This document shows, piece after piece, positions 35,586-44,898 of a DNA stretch of 64,000 nucleotides. The notes under the pieces are model-generated. The model made no database searches, was not told the origin of the DNA, and worked only from the letters and a program-made list of their open reading frames with translations. Every line of letters begins with the position of its first letter. Positions within the stretch are counted from its first letter, which is position 1. The stretch is from positions 1-64,000 of the IMG/VR virus record IMGVR_UViG_3300042988_001343; one strand, given 5' to 3'. The stretch comes from a virus. Made by a program: the position numbers and the translations under genes.

Positions 35586-35879
35586 ATGTGTACAAATTTC
35601 ATTTTCATCGGTTGGAACAATGAAGAAGGCCACGATAAAGTTTGGGCGGCTGTAGAGGTAGAAGGTTGTTACTATGCAGCATGGGGCCGCCGTGGCAAGA
35701 AATTGCAATTTAAACGACACTCTTGGTCTAGCACACTAAACAGTCTTGCATTTGAAAAACAGACAAAGAAGGGTTATAAGGAAGTAGAAGCATTCCTGCT
35801 CTTTACAATCTTCCCTGACTTTGAAGAACGACTGGAAGAGGAATTACTAATGGCATCGATGGCAGGAAAGGTGAAGTAA
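35586..35879 (+). CDS. WGR-domain protein
   Basis: VWAAVEVEGCYYAAWGRRGKKLQF...AFEKQTKKGYKE matches WGR signature. Confidence 0.5.
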   Translation: MCTNFIFIGWNNEEGHDKVWAAVEVEGCYYAAWGRRGKKLQFKRHSWSSTLNSLAFEKQTKKGYKEVEAFLLFTIFPDFEERLEEELLMASMAGKVK

Positions 35880-36235
35880 TGGCTATAGGACCACAAAATA
35901 AATTCACTACATATTTGGCACCATCCACAAAATGGATAGAAAAGAATGGTGCTGATAGTGTACATGATGCTATATTTAAATTACAGAGTTACAATGTACG
36001 AGATATACATTTCAAAGAAGTAGCTATTGAGCAACCAATTTCTTGGAAGGACCCATTTCAAGAAAAATATTATACCAGAAAAATCGCAGTACAGCTACAG
36101 ATTGATTCTGAAATGTTGTGTCAATTGGTAAGGGATGCCGAACGAGGTAAACCAGGGAACAACCCAGCAGTCATAGCAGCATTTGAAGAATACATGGTGC
36201 TTAGAACAATGTCCTATGATCAATCAGAGCTCTAA
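35879..36235 (+). CDS. hypothetical protein
   Basis: 118 aa ORF. Confidence 0.5.
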   Translation: MAIGPQNKFTTYLAPSTKWIEKNGADSVHDAIFKLQSYNVRDIHFKEVAIEQPISWKDPFQEKYYTRKIAVQLQIDSEMLCQLVRDAERGKPGNNPAVIAAFEEYMVLRTMSYDQSEL

Positions 36236-36275
36236 ATCAATACGCACAAAACACAGACTGCTACTTAAAACTAAA

Positions 36276-36626
36276 ATGGAATTTTTACCTTCAGTATATG
36301 ATGATCCAACAAAGTGCTTTGGTGATAACTCAGTTGCATGTATTGTTGTTGCTTCTTATGGATCCTCTTCCCTAATCGATATTCAAAACATCATAAAGTC
36401 TTTACCTAAAGAAGCAACAAAGATTGCTTTCTTACAAGAAGCACAAGCAGTAAGGTCTTTTACTCTAGGTAACATAAACACAGAAGCAGAAATAAATCAA
36501 CAAGCTAAAGACATTTATTGTTTCCAAAAAAGGTTCAATTATGTTATAATGGAATCTAAAGAAATTGCAGAACAATTTTTGGAGAATTACGAGCAATGGC
36601 TAACATTATGGACAATATCGAAGTAG
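36276..36626 (+). CDS. hypothetical protein
   Basis: ORF; start inferred. Confidence 0.4.
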   Translation: MEFLPSVYDDPTKCFGDNSVACIVVASYGSSSLIDIQNIIKSLPKEATKIAFLQEAQAVRSFTLGNINTEAEINQQAKDIYCFQKRFNYVIMESKEIAEQFLENYEQWLTLWTISK

Positions 36627-36973
36627 AAGAATATAACAATTGGTATCTGGTAAGGACAGAAAACGATCTGTCACCATTTGCAAAACATGTAACAACTATG
36701 ATAGTAAGACATATCCCAGAAAAGTGTAATGTATTTGCCATACTAGAGATTGACTGTAAAGTTAAAGTATTTTCATATAGTAAATTATTGCAACAAGAAT
36801 TAAAGTCTAGAAAGCATTCCATGGACAGAGTCGTTGATACTGTACATAATGCATGCAATGGAATAAAAGGAATTCTATTTCAGAAGCAAGAATTTGCTGA
36901 GCAATTTGCTGCAAATAGAAACTATGAAAAACTCATCAAAGTTATAAAAAATGGAAGCTTTAATAATGACTAA
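36596..36973 (+). CDS. hypothetical protein
   Basis: 125 aa ORF. Confidence 0.45.
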   Translation: MANIMDNIEVEEYNNWYLVRTENDLSPFAKHVTTMIVRHIPEKCNVFAILEIDCKVKVFSYSKLLQQELKSRKHSMDRVVDTVHNACNGIKGILFQKQEFAEQFAANRNYEKLIKVIKNGSFNND

Positions 36974-37202
36974 TCTACTCAATCCTCGCATCGGTACTTT
37001 CCAATCTTTCTACTTGAATGAAAAAGAATTACAACAACTATTGAAGAAATCCAAACAGAAGAAATATGGAATGCTCAAACGAGAGTTTGAAGTAGAAGAA
37101 GTAATTGTTGAAGTAGGATTTCATAGGACATGTGGTGCTCAGAATTATATTGCACCAGGTAACTATTTCCATGTAAAAATGGAGTATCTAGTCTGTGACT
37201 GA
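36966..37202 (+). CDS. hypothetical protein
   Basis: ORF. Confidence 0.4.
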   Translation: MTNLLNPRIGTFQSFYLNEKELQQLLKKSKQKKYGMLKREFEVEEVIVEVGFHRTCGAQNYIAPGNYFHVKMEYLVCD

Positions 37203-37479
37203 GGAACCTTTACAGTTAAGTAATCGTATAAGGATCCGAGAACTTAAACTTGGTGAGTGGTATACGAATTCCAAAGGTCAAAAATCCCACCCTATCGTTG
37301 ACTGGTTAATAGAGCACGTAGGTGCTGATGCTCGAGTACAAGGGCAATTTCTATCTGGAGATGGATGGAGGTTCGATTCTTATTTGCGACAAGAAACTTA
37401 TGAGTGGGAAAATACAGTACTTTTTACTAAAGAAATACCAGAAGATGTATTATTGATGTTTAAGTTGAAATTCTGCTAA
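37195..37479 (+). CDS. hypothetical protein
   Basis: 94 aa ORF. Confidence 0.45.
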   Translation: MTEEPLQLSNRIRIRELKLGEWYTNSKGQKSHPIVDWLIEHVGADARVQGQFLSGDGWRFDSYLRQETYEWENTVLFTKEIPEDVLLMFKLKFC

Positions 37480-37754
37480 TGGAAGTAAAATTCAAAATTG
37501 ACTACGATTCTGACTACATCTTAGCAAAAGATGGTACTGTAATGTATCCTCCAATCCAATGGTTACACAACAATGTTGCAAGATTACAACCAAGACATAA
37601 GAGAGTAGGAAGTAAGAATTTGTTTGGTAAGGGTCATACATGGACAATAATTAGGAAGAAGTTAGACATATATCCATACAGCACAGTTAGATTTGATGAA
37701 TCTAAAGTAGATGCTGAGAAGATTTTTATGTTCACTTTACTATTTGGTGGTTGA
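37479..37754 (+). CDS. hypothetical protein
   Basis: 91 aa ORF. Confidence 0.45.
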   Translation: MEVKFKIDYDSDYILAKDGTVMYPPIQWLHNNVARLQPRHKRVGSKNLFGKGHTWTIIRKKLDIYPYSTVRFDESKVDAEKIFMFTLLFGG

Positions 37755-37810
37755 CAATAAATCCTAGACTCTTTATAATGAACTATATCTTAAAACGAAG
37801 GAAGAACAAA
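37751..37810 (+). promoter_or_regulatory. sigma70-type early promoter
   Basis: TTGACA 37751-37756, 17 nt, TATAAT 37774-37779. Confidence 0.6.
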
Positions 37811-37993
37811 ATGATTCAACTCACCGGTCTGGCCCTGATTATTGCAATCGCCGTATTGTACCCATTCCTGCTAATCTGTGGTCTTAATTTTCTGCTGGAA
37901 GCTGCTGGGTTTGCTCTACTTCCATATACAATCGGTACTTGGTTTGGTGCTCTATTGGTAATCGGTACTCTTCGTGGATCTAACTCAAAATGA
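37811..37993 (+). CDS. small membrane protein
   Basis: 60 aa, two hydrophobic helices. Confidence 0.45.
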   Translation: MIQLTGLALIIAIAVLYPFLLICGLNFLLEAAGFALLPYTIGTWFGALLVIGTLRGSNSK

Positions 37994-38163
37994 AAGACCC
38001 AGTATTGATTCTAATGTCAGTATTTCTATCTTTTGTATTGGGTGGTGCTACTGGAGACTATTCCACGACACATCGAATCTATGAACGATGTATTGATAGA
38101 AATTCCACAATGCCTCACTATGAGCTTGTTAAGAAATGTGATCTGGAGGTAAAAGGAAAATGA
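37990..38163 (+). CDS. small secreted/membrane protein
   Basis: 57 aa with N-terminal hydrophobic segment. Confidence 0.3.
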   Translation: MKDPVLILMSVFLSFVLGGATGDYSTTHRIYERCIDRNSTMPHYELVKKCDLEVKGK

Positions 38164-39203
38164 GAAAACTAGCTACAATTCGTAAGATTGATGCAATCGA
38201 GCCCATTGAGGGTGCTGATGCCATTGAAGTTGCAACAGTCGGTGGTTGGAAAGTTGTTGTTAAGAAAAATGAGTACTCTATTGGAAGTAAAGTAATTTAC
38301 TGTGAAATCGACTCATGGATTCCAACAACCATTGCACCATTCTTGACAAAGGCCGGACACTTTCCTAAGACATATGGTGGAGTAGAAGGAGAAAAGCTAC
38401 GTACTATTAAACTTCGTGGGCAAATTTCCCAAGGGTTGATTCTATCTACAAAGACCATTCGTTACTCTGATGGACAAGAAATTGATCTTTGTGATAGTGA
38501 TGAAGAAGCAGATGTTACTGAAATTCTAGGTATTCAGAAGTGGGAGCCACCTGTTTCAGCACAACTTGCTGGTCTTGCTAAAGGTAACTTCCCATCTCTT
38601 GTTCCTAAGACTGACCAAGAGCGGGTTCAGAATTGTGCAAAACAGTTGGCAAAATGGGCTCGTGAAGGACTGACTTGGGAAGAGACTGAAAAACTAGAAG
38701 GTTCTTCCATGACCTGCTATCTACCAGAAGAAGGCGACTTCGAAGTTTGCTCGCGCAATCTTTCTCTAAAGCAAGATGAAAATAACTCATTCTGGAAAGT
38801 TGCTCTTGCAAATGCTATTGAAATTAACATGCGAAACCTTGACCTTCATGGACTTGCAATTCAGGGAGAATTGATTGGCGAAGGAATCCAGGGTAACATT
38901 TATGGACTAAAAGGACAAGAGTTCTACGTATATGACATCTACGATACTCGTGCTGGTTCTTACATTTGTGGAGAAGCTCGTACCGATATCATTAATGCAC
39001 TTGGTTTGAAGCACGTGCCGATTCTAGCCAGCCATACAATCATTGAAGAAATGAGTATGCAAGAACTTATCAACTGGGCAGATGGAAAGTCTAAGTTGAA
39101 TCCTAATGTTAATCGTGAAGGTATTGTATTCAAGTGCAACGAGGATCCTACTCAGAGTTTCAAAGCAATCAGTAACTTGTATTTGGCTAAACAGAAAGAT
39201 TGA
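38160..39203 (+). CDS. RNA ligase, Rnl5/DraRnl-like (N-terminal OB domain + nucleotidyltransferase)
   Basis: N-term KLATIRKIDAIEPIEGADAIEVATVGGWKVVVKK...KLRGQISQG; candidate motif I EKLEGS. Confidence 0.6.
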   Translation: MRKLATIRKIDAIEPIEGADAIEVATVGGWKVVVKKNEYSIGSKVIYCEIDSWIPTTIAPFLTKAGHFPKTYGGVEGEKLRTIKLRGQISQGLILSTKTIRYSDGQEIDLCDSDEEADVTEILGIQKWEPPVSAQLAGLAKGNFPSLVPKTDQERVQNCAKQLAKWAREGLTWEETEKLEGSSMTCYLPEEGDFEVCSRNLSLKQDENNSFWKVALANAIEINMRNLDLHGLAIQGELIGEGIQGNIYGLKGQEFYVYDIYDTRAGSYICGEARTDIINALGLKHVPILASHTIIEEMSMQELINWADGKSKLNPNVNREGIVFKCNEDPTQSFKAISNLYLAKQKD

Positions 39204-39204
39204 A

Positions 39205-39507
39205 ATGTCTGGCTATTTTGATCAAAATCCATGCTCAGAAATTGTATTACAAAAGTCAGAAGCATGGTGTAAATTGGGTAACTATATGGATAACTATATT
39301 ATCGGTGATTATAAAGTAGAAGCTGTTGGTAATAACAAGGTAAAAGTACATCTGTGGAATCACAAGGCTATAGACTTTGTTTTAGGACATACAGGCCAAC
39401 ATTATACTACAATCATCCTTAACAAAGATGATGAATTATGGACATTGATCCAATTGGGGTTAGATGAGTTTAATACTCAACAGTATGTAGCACATTGGGG
39501 TGGTTAA
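39205..39507 (+). CDS. hypothetical protein
   Basis: 100 aa ORF. Confidence 0.45.
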   Translation: MSGYFDQNPCSEIVLQKSEAWCKLGNYMDNYIIGDYKVEAVGNNKVKVHLWNHKAIDFVLGHTGQHYTTIILNKDDELWTLIQLGLDEFNTQQYVAHWGG

Positions 39508-39591
39508 TGTTATATTTTATATTTTATGTACTAGTGCTATTTCTAATATTTTGCTTTGTTAGAGGTGCTTCTATTATGAGTAAGGACGAAG

Positions 39592-40248
39592 ATGAAGAAT
39601 AAGCACATTGAAAAATTCCTAGAGGAATCTCGCAAGTACGTTAAGTCTACTGCTCATGACTCTAGGTGGCATCCTCTATATCAGATGAAGGTCTACCATT
39701 GTTATGATGGTACGAGAACTAAAGGGTATTGGGATGACGTTGCTATTAAGGTTGGTGGTCAACAAGTAACGATCTGGTGGACACATCCTCGATATCTTTA
39801 TGAGGAACATATCGACACTATCGCTTATGAAGAAGCAACAGCAAAGTATGAACAAAATACTGATCGTTGGATGGATGGTACTCCTCAATACAAGAAGGTC
39901 GGCAAGTCTCGCAAGAAGATTGTATCCTATTTGAGTAACATGGATACTCCGGATGGATTCTATGGATATTGGAGAGATCGTAAAAAGGAACTCCTAGAAA
40001 CATCTGACTTTGAGCAGACTTGTCACTTTTCAGTAAGACAATATGATTATTGTCGTGGCGTATCTATCTGTATTCCTATTGAGGTTGTGGATGAATCATC
40101 ACTCCATGAGTTGACTATGATTGTACGATCTTTACTTGCAAATCCAGAGAAGTTCAAGGAACTATACGGTAATTATAAATATGGAAAGACCGAATGGAAC
40201 CTAGAAAATGGACAACCAGAACTCCACGTACATAGTATTGGGCAATAA
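39592..40248 (+). CDS. hypothetical protein
   Basis: 218 aa ORF. Confidence 0.55.
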   Translation: MKNKHIEKFLEESRKYVKSTAHDSRWHPLYQMKVYHCYDGTRTKGYWDDVAIKVGGQQVTIWWTHPRYLYEEHIDTIAYEEATAKYEQNTDRWMDGTPQYKKVGKSRKKIVSYLSNMDTPDGFYGYWRDRKKELLETSDFEQTCHFSVRQYDYCRGVSICIPIEVVDESSLHELTMIVRSLLANPEKFKELYGNYKYGKTEWNLENGQPELHVHSIGQ

Positions 40249-40376
40249 TAGATACCGGTTACCCATTAGGGTTTCCGGTTTCTTCGTTGCCGATGCTGAC
40301 AACAGACTCATCTGCGAATGTGCTTCTTATGAAGTAGCAAAAGATTTGGTAGATGTACTAAATCACGTCTAGACGG

Positions 40377-40437
40377 TTGACAATTAATTCTCCACTTGTT
40401 ATAATGAACTCAATCGATAAACAACTGGAGAAACATC
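40377..40437 (+). promoter_or_regulatory. PeSL-like early promoter
   Basis: TTGACA 40377-40382, 17 nt, TATAAT 40400-40405; tctccacttgtt/aacaactggaga. Confidence 0.7.
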
Positions 40438-40641
40438 ATGGCAAAACTTATCAAACTCGAATGCAATAAATCATATGCAACCGAAGCTAATGCCATCAAA
40501 GCCGCCGAAAAGAAATATGGTGACTCCGATGATCTTCGTTACTTTATCATGCAAACCGAAGATGGTCGCTTCTTCCCTGTATTCGTAGGACAAAGTGCTC
40601 TGACCAATATGGTCCACTTTAACTTTAATGTGTTGATGTAA
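40438..40641 (+). CDS. hypothetical protein
   Basis: 67 aa ORF. Confidence 0.5.
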   Translation: MAKLIKLECNKSYATEANAIKAAEKKYGDSDDLRYFIMQTEDGRFFPVFVGQSALTNMVHFNFNVLM

Positions 40642-40644
40642 ATT

Positions 40645-41559
40645 ATGAACTCAAATTTCAAAGACGAGCTGAAGAACTTCGTAGAAAATAATCCGAAGTT
40701 AGTTACCAAGAAAGCTACTTCCATCCCAGGAGTATATGTACTCAAATATACCAAGACTGTCTTTTTCAAAGGTCTATGGAATGAGTACTTGGAGGAATGT
40801 CGTGGTACTTTGATCGATGAAAACTACAATGTAGTTGCTCGCCCATTTACGAAAATCTACAATCGTGGTGAACGTAATACTGATATCCCTCGTGATACCA
40901 AGGTAATTGTTGCTCGAAAGATCAACGGTTACATGGGTTCTATTACCATGTACAATGATCAGATCATCTGTTCCACTACTGGTTCTGTAGATTCTGATTA
41001 TGCTAAGTTACTGTGGCAACATGTGGAACTTGTGGGCATCGACAAATTTATCAAGTTCTTCCAACGATATCGTAATACTACTCTTTGTTTTGAAGTGGTA
41101 GATCCTTCCGATCCTCACATCATTCGGGAAGGTTACGGTCTTTGGCTGCTTGGTATGCGAGATAACAAGTGGGAAGCTGGTGAATATTCTCGGCATGCTT
41201 ACTTCTCTGAAATGTCACTTGACTTGTTTGCAGAAGAACTTGGTGTAAAGCGGCCGCATCACTTTGTGTGTCAATTTGGTGACCTTGTAAAAGACCTACC
41301 AAATGTACAACATGAAGGATGGGTTGTTCACTCAGGTGAAACTACTTTGAAGATGAAGTCGCCATATTATAACATCAAGAAATTCTTTGCTCGTAAGTCG
41401 AATGTCGACGATGTTGTTGCTGATAATGCTAAGGAAAAATTCCCAGAAGAATACTATCCTTTGATTGATTATATTAAATCCAATCTTGTTACTTTTAATG
41501 AATTTAATGAACAAGAGCGGTTGGCTTATATTGAGAACTTTTTGCGAGGTAATGTATGA
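40645..41559 (+). CDS. RNA ligase 1 (T4 RnlA-like)
   Basis: LEECRGTLIDENYNVVARPFTKIYN resembles T4 Rnl1 ALECRGIMF...RPMEKFFNL; KINGYMGS lysine motif. Confidence 0.6.
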   Translation: MNSNFKDELKNFVENNPKLVTKKATSIPGVYVLKYTKTVFFKGLWNEYLEECRGTLIDENYNVVARPFTKIYNRGERNTDIPRDTKVIVARKINGYMGSITMYNDQIICSTTGSVDSDYAKLLWQHVELVGIDKFIKFFQRYRNTTLCFEVVDPSDPHIIREGYGLWLLGMRDNKWEAGEYSRHAYFSEMSLDLFAEELGVKRPHHFVCQFGDLVKDLPNVQHEGWVVHSGETTLKMKSPYYNIKKFFARKSNVDDVVADNAKEKFPEEYYPLIDYIKSNLVTFNEFNEQERLAYIENFLRGNV

Positions 41560-41759
41560 CTGATATTTTTGGATTTATGTTAGCTGTATTTGTTGCATGG
41601 TTTATTGGTGCCTTTGGTTATGCATACGGTCATGATACTGCAAGGAAAGAAATCATTGATGCTTGTGTTGCTAACAATCCTGACATGGCAAATTCTAAAA
41701 TCCGTGAGTATTGTATTAAACAATATGATGAGTTGTTAGTAGTCAAGCCTAAAAATTAA
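41556..41759 (+). CDS. small membrane protein
   Basis: 67 aa, N-terminal TM helix. Confidence 0.45.
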   Translation: MTDIFGFMLAVFVAWFIGAFGYAYGHDTARKEIIDACVANNPDMANSKIREYCIKQYDELLVVKPKN

Positions 41760-42064
41760 TGTTGGCATATCCATCTGTACCACCTCCAATGGGCGACCAA
41801 TCAGTAAAGCAGATCATCTATCATGTAAAGTCTTGGTATGGTGATATTGTACTTAGAAATCCAGGTATTACTAAGTCTTTTATAACATGGATCCCTCGCC
41901 GATGTACTCTTACTGGTGAGTGGATCTGGTTTGATTTTGTTACTAAAGTTGTAGCTAGAACAAACCATTACGATTCTATGGTGCTTGATAAACTTTGGGC
42001 TAAACATGATTCATATTACTTCAAACCAGAAAATTGGTTAATTGTAGTAATGAGTAGACAATAA
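41759..42064 (+). CDS. hypothetical protein
   Basis: 101 aa ORF. Confidence 0.45.
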   Translation: MLAYPSVPPPMGDQSVKQIIYHVKSWYGDIVLRNPGITKSFITWIPRRCTLTGEWIWFDFVTKVVARTNHYDSMVLDKLWAKHDSYYFKPENWLIVVMSRQ

Positions 42065-42103
42065 ATCAAGCATTGTTTATAATGAATTATTGATTAGGAG
42101 ATT
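42054..42103 (+). promoter_or_regulatory. possible sigma70-type promoter (weak -35)
   Basis: TATAAT 42078-42083. Confidence 0.35.
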
Positions 42104-42541
42104 GTGATGGCTGAAATGGTTTTGATTCGAGGATTACCTGGTTCTGGTAAAACAACCAAGGGTTGGACACTCAAAAATACTGGAATTGTTGATTTTGTAA
42201 TTGCGGCAGATGATTGGTTTGAGGATGCAAATCGTAAATATAACTTCAATCCAAAATTCCTTCCAGAGGCTCATGCTTGGTGTCGATCAAGCACTGCAAA
42301 GTGTATCCTTGAAGGTTATAGAGTAGCTGTATGTAATACCTTTACCAAGATTGACGAGATGGTTCCTTACTTTAACCTAGCAGTTAAACTGGGTTGCAAG
42401 GTTCGTGTTATCGAAATGAAGACTCAGTATGGTTCTGTACATAATGTCCCAGAAGATAAAATGAAGCAAATGGCTGCTCGCTGGGAAGAGTTTGCAGGTT
42501 GTTGTGGTGAATTTGAACTTCCAGTGGAGATTATTAAGTGA
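42104..42541 (+). CDS. P-loop kinase resembling the 5'-kinase domain of polynucleotide kinase
   Basis: Walker A GLPGSGKTT; ~145 aa; adjacent to the RNA ligases. Confidence 0.45.
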   Translation: MMAEMVLIRGLPGSGKTTKGWTLKNTGIVDFVIAADDWFEDANRKYNFNPKFLPEAHAWCRSSTAKCILEGYRVAVCNTFTKIDEMVPYFNLAVKLGCKVRVIEMKTQYGSVHNVPEDKMKQMAARWEEFAGCCGEFELPVEIIK

Positions 42542-42657
42542 ATCCAATTGAACTTTATCAAACTGTAGTACAATTACTCGAAAAACATACGAAAGGAGAC
42601 ACAATGATCATTGATCCAATTCTTGAACAAGTTTTTGTTTTTAACCATTACTCAAAA

Positions 42658-42825
42658 TGAAAAGTTTATACATCCTAAAAGGACTAAGTCGTAAGACTGG
42701 ACTAAAAGAATCTGTTGCTATTCATGCAACAAATGAGGAAGAAGCTCGCATCAACATGAGCACTACTCATACAGAAGTTGTCCTTGAAAAAGGACCATTT
42801 AAGCTGTCAAGGTTTTGGCAGTAAT
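42658..42825 (+). CDS. small hypothetical protein
   Basis: 55 aa ORF. Confidence 0.3.
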
Positions 42826-42845
42826 TTTATAATTAAGGAGATTTT

Positions 42846-43301
42846 ATGACAAAAAGCCTAACAGCACTAGCGGTACTAGCAGTAGTTGCAACATCAGCAT
42901 TTGCAGACGAAGTTTATGTCGGAGCAGGCAAGAATGATGCAGTGGATAATAGTAATATTGTCCGTCTAGGTTACACTAAAAATTACGAAGGACTAAAATT
43001 GGGACTAGCAGCTGATCTAAGCCAAAATAACACAGGTAATTATCAAACAGTTCAAGCAACAGTTGGTAAGACTGTTTATGCAAGTGGTCCAGTTTCCGTC
43101 GACGTTAAAGCTGGTCCTACCTACTTTACCAGTCGTGCATTTGATGTCAATGGATTTGGTGCACTAGCAGGAGTTGCTGTATCTTATGATCTAAACAAGA
43201 ATGTTGCATTCTATGCTGATACTGAGTACCGTGATTATTTCAACCAGGTTGCTGGTTTAAACGGTTGGAACTATACTGGTGGACTCAAGTACAAGTTCTG
43301 A
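42846..43301 (+). CDS. outer-membrane 8-strand beta-barrel protein (OmpX/Ail/Lom-like)
   Basis: signal peptide AVVATSAFA; alternating amphipathic strands; C-terminal GGLKYKF. Confidence 0.55.
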   Translation: MTKSLTALAVLAVVATSAFADEVYVGAGKNDAVDNSNIVRLGYTKNYEGLKLGLAADLSQNNTGNYQTVQATVGKTVYASGPVSVDVKAGPTYFTSRAFDVNGFGALAGVAVSYDLNKNVAFYADTEYRDYFNQVAGLNGWNYTGGLKYKF

Positions 43302-43464
43302 TTCTCTAGGTCAACAAATTTGCGGTCAGATTGCCTTTATCTGTGACAAGATTAATACTCTTCAGGAACCACAGCGTTCCCAGATAAAGGAACTGATTGC
43401 AAGAACTATGAACCAGAGATTTCAACAGTGGGACCAAGTTCCTCTTGCTGAGGTTGTAGAATAA
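43279..43464 (+). CDS. hypothetical protein
   Basis: 61 aa ORF; start uncertain (GTG). Confidence 0.3.
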   Translation: MDSSTSSDSLGQQICGQIAFICDKINTLQEPQRSQIKELIARTMNQRFQQWDQVPLAEVVE

Positions 43465-43492
43465 GGACTTAGGTCCTTTTTCTTTATCTTTG
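43463..43492 (+). terminator. rho-independent terminator
   Basis: aaggacttaggtcctt + tttctttatctttg. Confidence 0.65.
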
Positions 43493-43494
43493 TA

Positions 43495-43555
43495 TTGACA
43501 ATTAATCTTAGATTGGTTATAATGTACCCATAGATTAGATTAATGGAGAAACATC
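43495..43555 (+). promoter_or_regulatory. PeSL-like early promoter
   Basis: TTGACA 43495-43500, 17 nt, TATAAT 43518-43523. Confidence 0.65.
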
Positions 43556-43771
43556 ATGGCAAAACTTTCTAAGAAACAGATTAAGTTGATTGACTCGAAC
43601 ATCAATTCTCTGTTGGTATACCAAAATATGATTACTGCTCATGTGGATCGGCCAGAAAGTGTGAGTTTATCAGTGAAATTTAGTTGGTTTAATGATGCTG
43701 CTAAAGAAATCAATAAGGAATTGGGTACATCTATTTCTCTGTACAAAACTTCCACGGGTGAGGTATACTAA
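43556..43771 (+). CDS. hypothetical protein
   Basis: 71 aa ORF. Confidence 0.5.
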   Translation: MAKLSKKQIKLIDSNINSLLVYQNMITAHVDRPESVSLSVKFSWFNDAAKEINKELGTSISLYKTSTGEVY

Positions 43772-43772
43772 A

Positions 43773-43988
43773 ATGATTAGCAAAAAACGGTTTGAGCATT
43801 TAGTCGTACAGGCTTTGTCTGTAAACGGTAAGGGTAAGTGGGAGTCAATTGCTGACATGGTTTCTGATGCCCACGCACTCATAAAAGCGGTTGAGGCTGA
43901 GAGTGAGGTGGTGACTGTAACTAAGATGGATTTGGACAAGCCTGCGGTGAAGCTAATCGCGCTCCCACTGGTGGAGGAATCGAAATGA
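43773..43988 (+). CDS. hypothetical protein
   Basis: ATG 43773; higher-GC segment begins. Confidence 0.45.
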   Translation: MISKKRFEHLVVQALSVNGKGKWESIADMVSDAHALIKAVEAESEVVTVTKMDLDKPAVKLIALPLVEESK

Positions 43989-44320
43989 ACTTAGTTGAAC
44001 GGTTGCGTGGTCTAGGCAACAGAACTGTCGGTATTTTAAGAGAGCCGTTAATCGAAGCCGCTGACCAAATCGAGCAGTTGGAAGCTGAGAATAGATTGCT
44101 CATGCTCAATCTTGCGCAAGCTGGGGAACAACTCACAGAAGCAAAGAAAGATGCTGAACGGATCAATTGGCTACAGTCAAAATTAACATGCTTTCAGCGT
44201 AGAGATTTCGGGAGAGTACTGATGTTTAAAATAGAAACAGATCAGTTTTTAAGCTCTACCTTTCAACACGATGTACGAGTAGAAATCGATGCAGCTCTCA
44301 CCAAGAAGGATAAGACATGA
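43985..44320 (+). CDS. coiled-coil protein (paralog A, LVERLRG motif)
   Basis: 111 aa; shares VERLR...IEQLEAE with next gene. Confidence 0.5.
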   Translation: MNLVERLRGLGNRTVGILREPLIEAADQIEQLEAENRLLMLNLAQAGEQLTEAKKDAERINWLQSKLTCFQRRDFGRVLMFKIETDQFLSSTFQHDVRVEIDAALTKKDKT

Positions 44321-44898
44321 ACTATTTAGAAGCTAGATTTGGAAAGGGTGAAAAGACATTAGTTGAACGATTGCGAAGTGATTGGACACAAGATATCGTT
44401 CTTGTTGCTAGCCAAGCCGCTGATTACATCGAATCACTTGAAGCTCAATGTATGACTTGGGAGTGTCAGTACAACAAAAACGCAGATTTTCATGCTGACC
44501 GCATCGAGCAGTTGGAAGCTGAGTTGGAACGCGAAAGACTGCGCCTAGCTGCTGTAGGAACCGCTGCACTTGGTTACTTTGATGGATGCTGTGATGAATA
44601 CAAGTCTGCAAGTCTTGATGACGTGCTGAGACTACGACAGCAACTCGCAGCACACGAAGCCACCATCGCAAAACTGCGGGAGGCTTTGGATTCGTTTGAG
44701 CCATACGATTCATTTGAAAGCCTGTGGTCAGGGCCAGAACCGGAAGTAGTTGATTCAGCCCTATCCCTCCCCGCGCCAACCGAGCATCTGATTGCGTACC
44801 GCGACTCTGTGCTGGAGGAAGCTGCGAAGGTGTGTGAAGAATGGTCTGGTGGATATTCGTTTGCTAAATCTATCCTCGGCATGAAGGAGAAGAAATGA
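44317..44898 (+). CDS. coiled-coil protein (paralog B)
   Basis: 193 aa; LVERLRSDW...RIEQLEAELERERLRL; GC-rich. Confidence 0.5.
   Translation: MNYLEARFGKGEKTLVERLRSDWTQDIVLVASQAADYIESLEAQCMTWECQYNKNADFHADRIEQLEAELERERLRLAAVGTAALGYFDGCCDEYKSASLDDVLRLRQQLAAHEATIAKLREALDSFEPYDSFESLWSGPEPEVVDSALSLPAPTEHLIAYRDSVLEEAAKVCEEWSGGYSFAKSILGMKEKK

Noticed and set aside
40250-40290. Possible terminator after ORF 39592-40248
   Set aside because: The accggttaccc...gggtttccggt stem has internal mismatches and a poor U-tract. It was not annotated.
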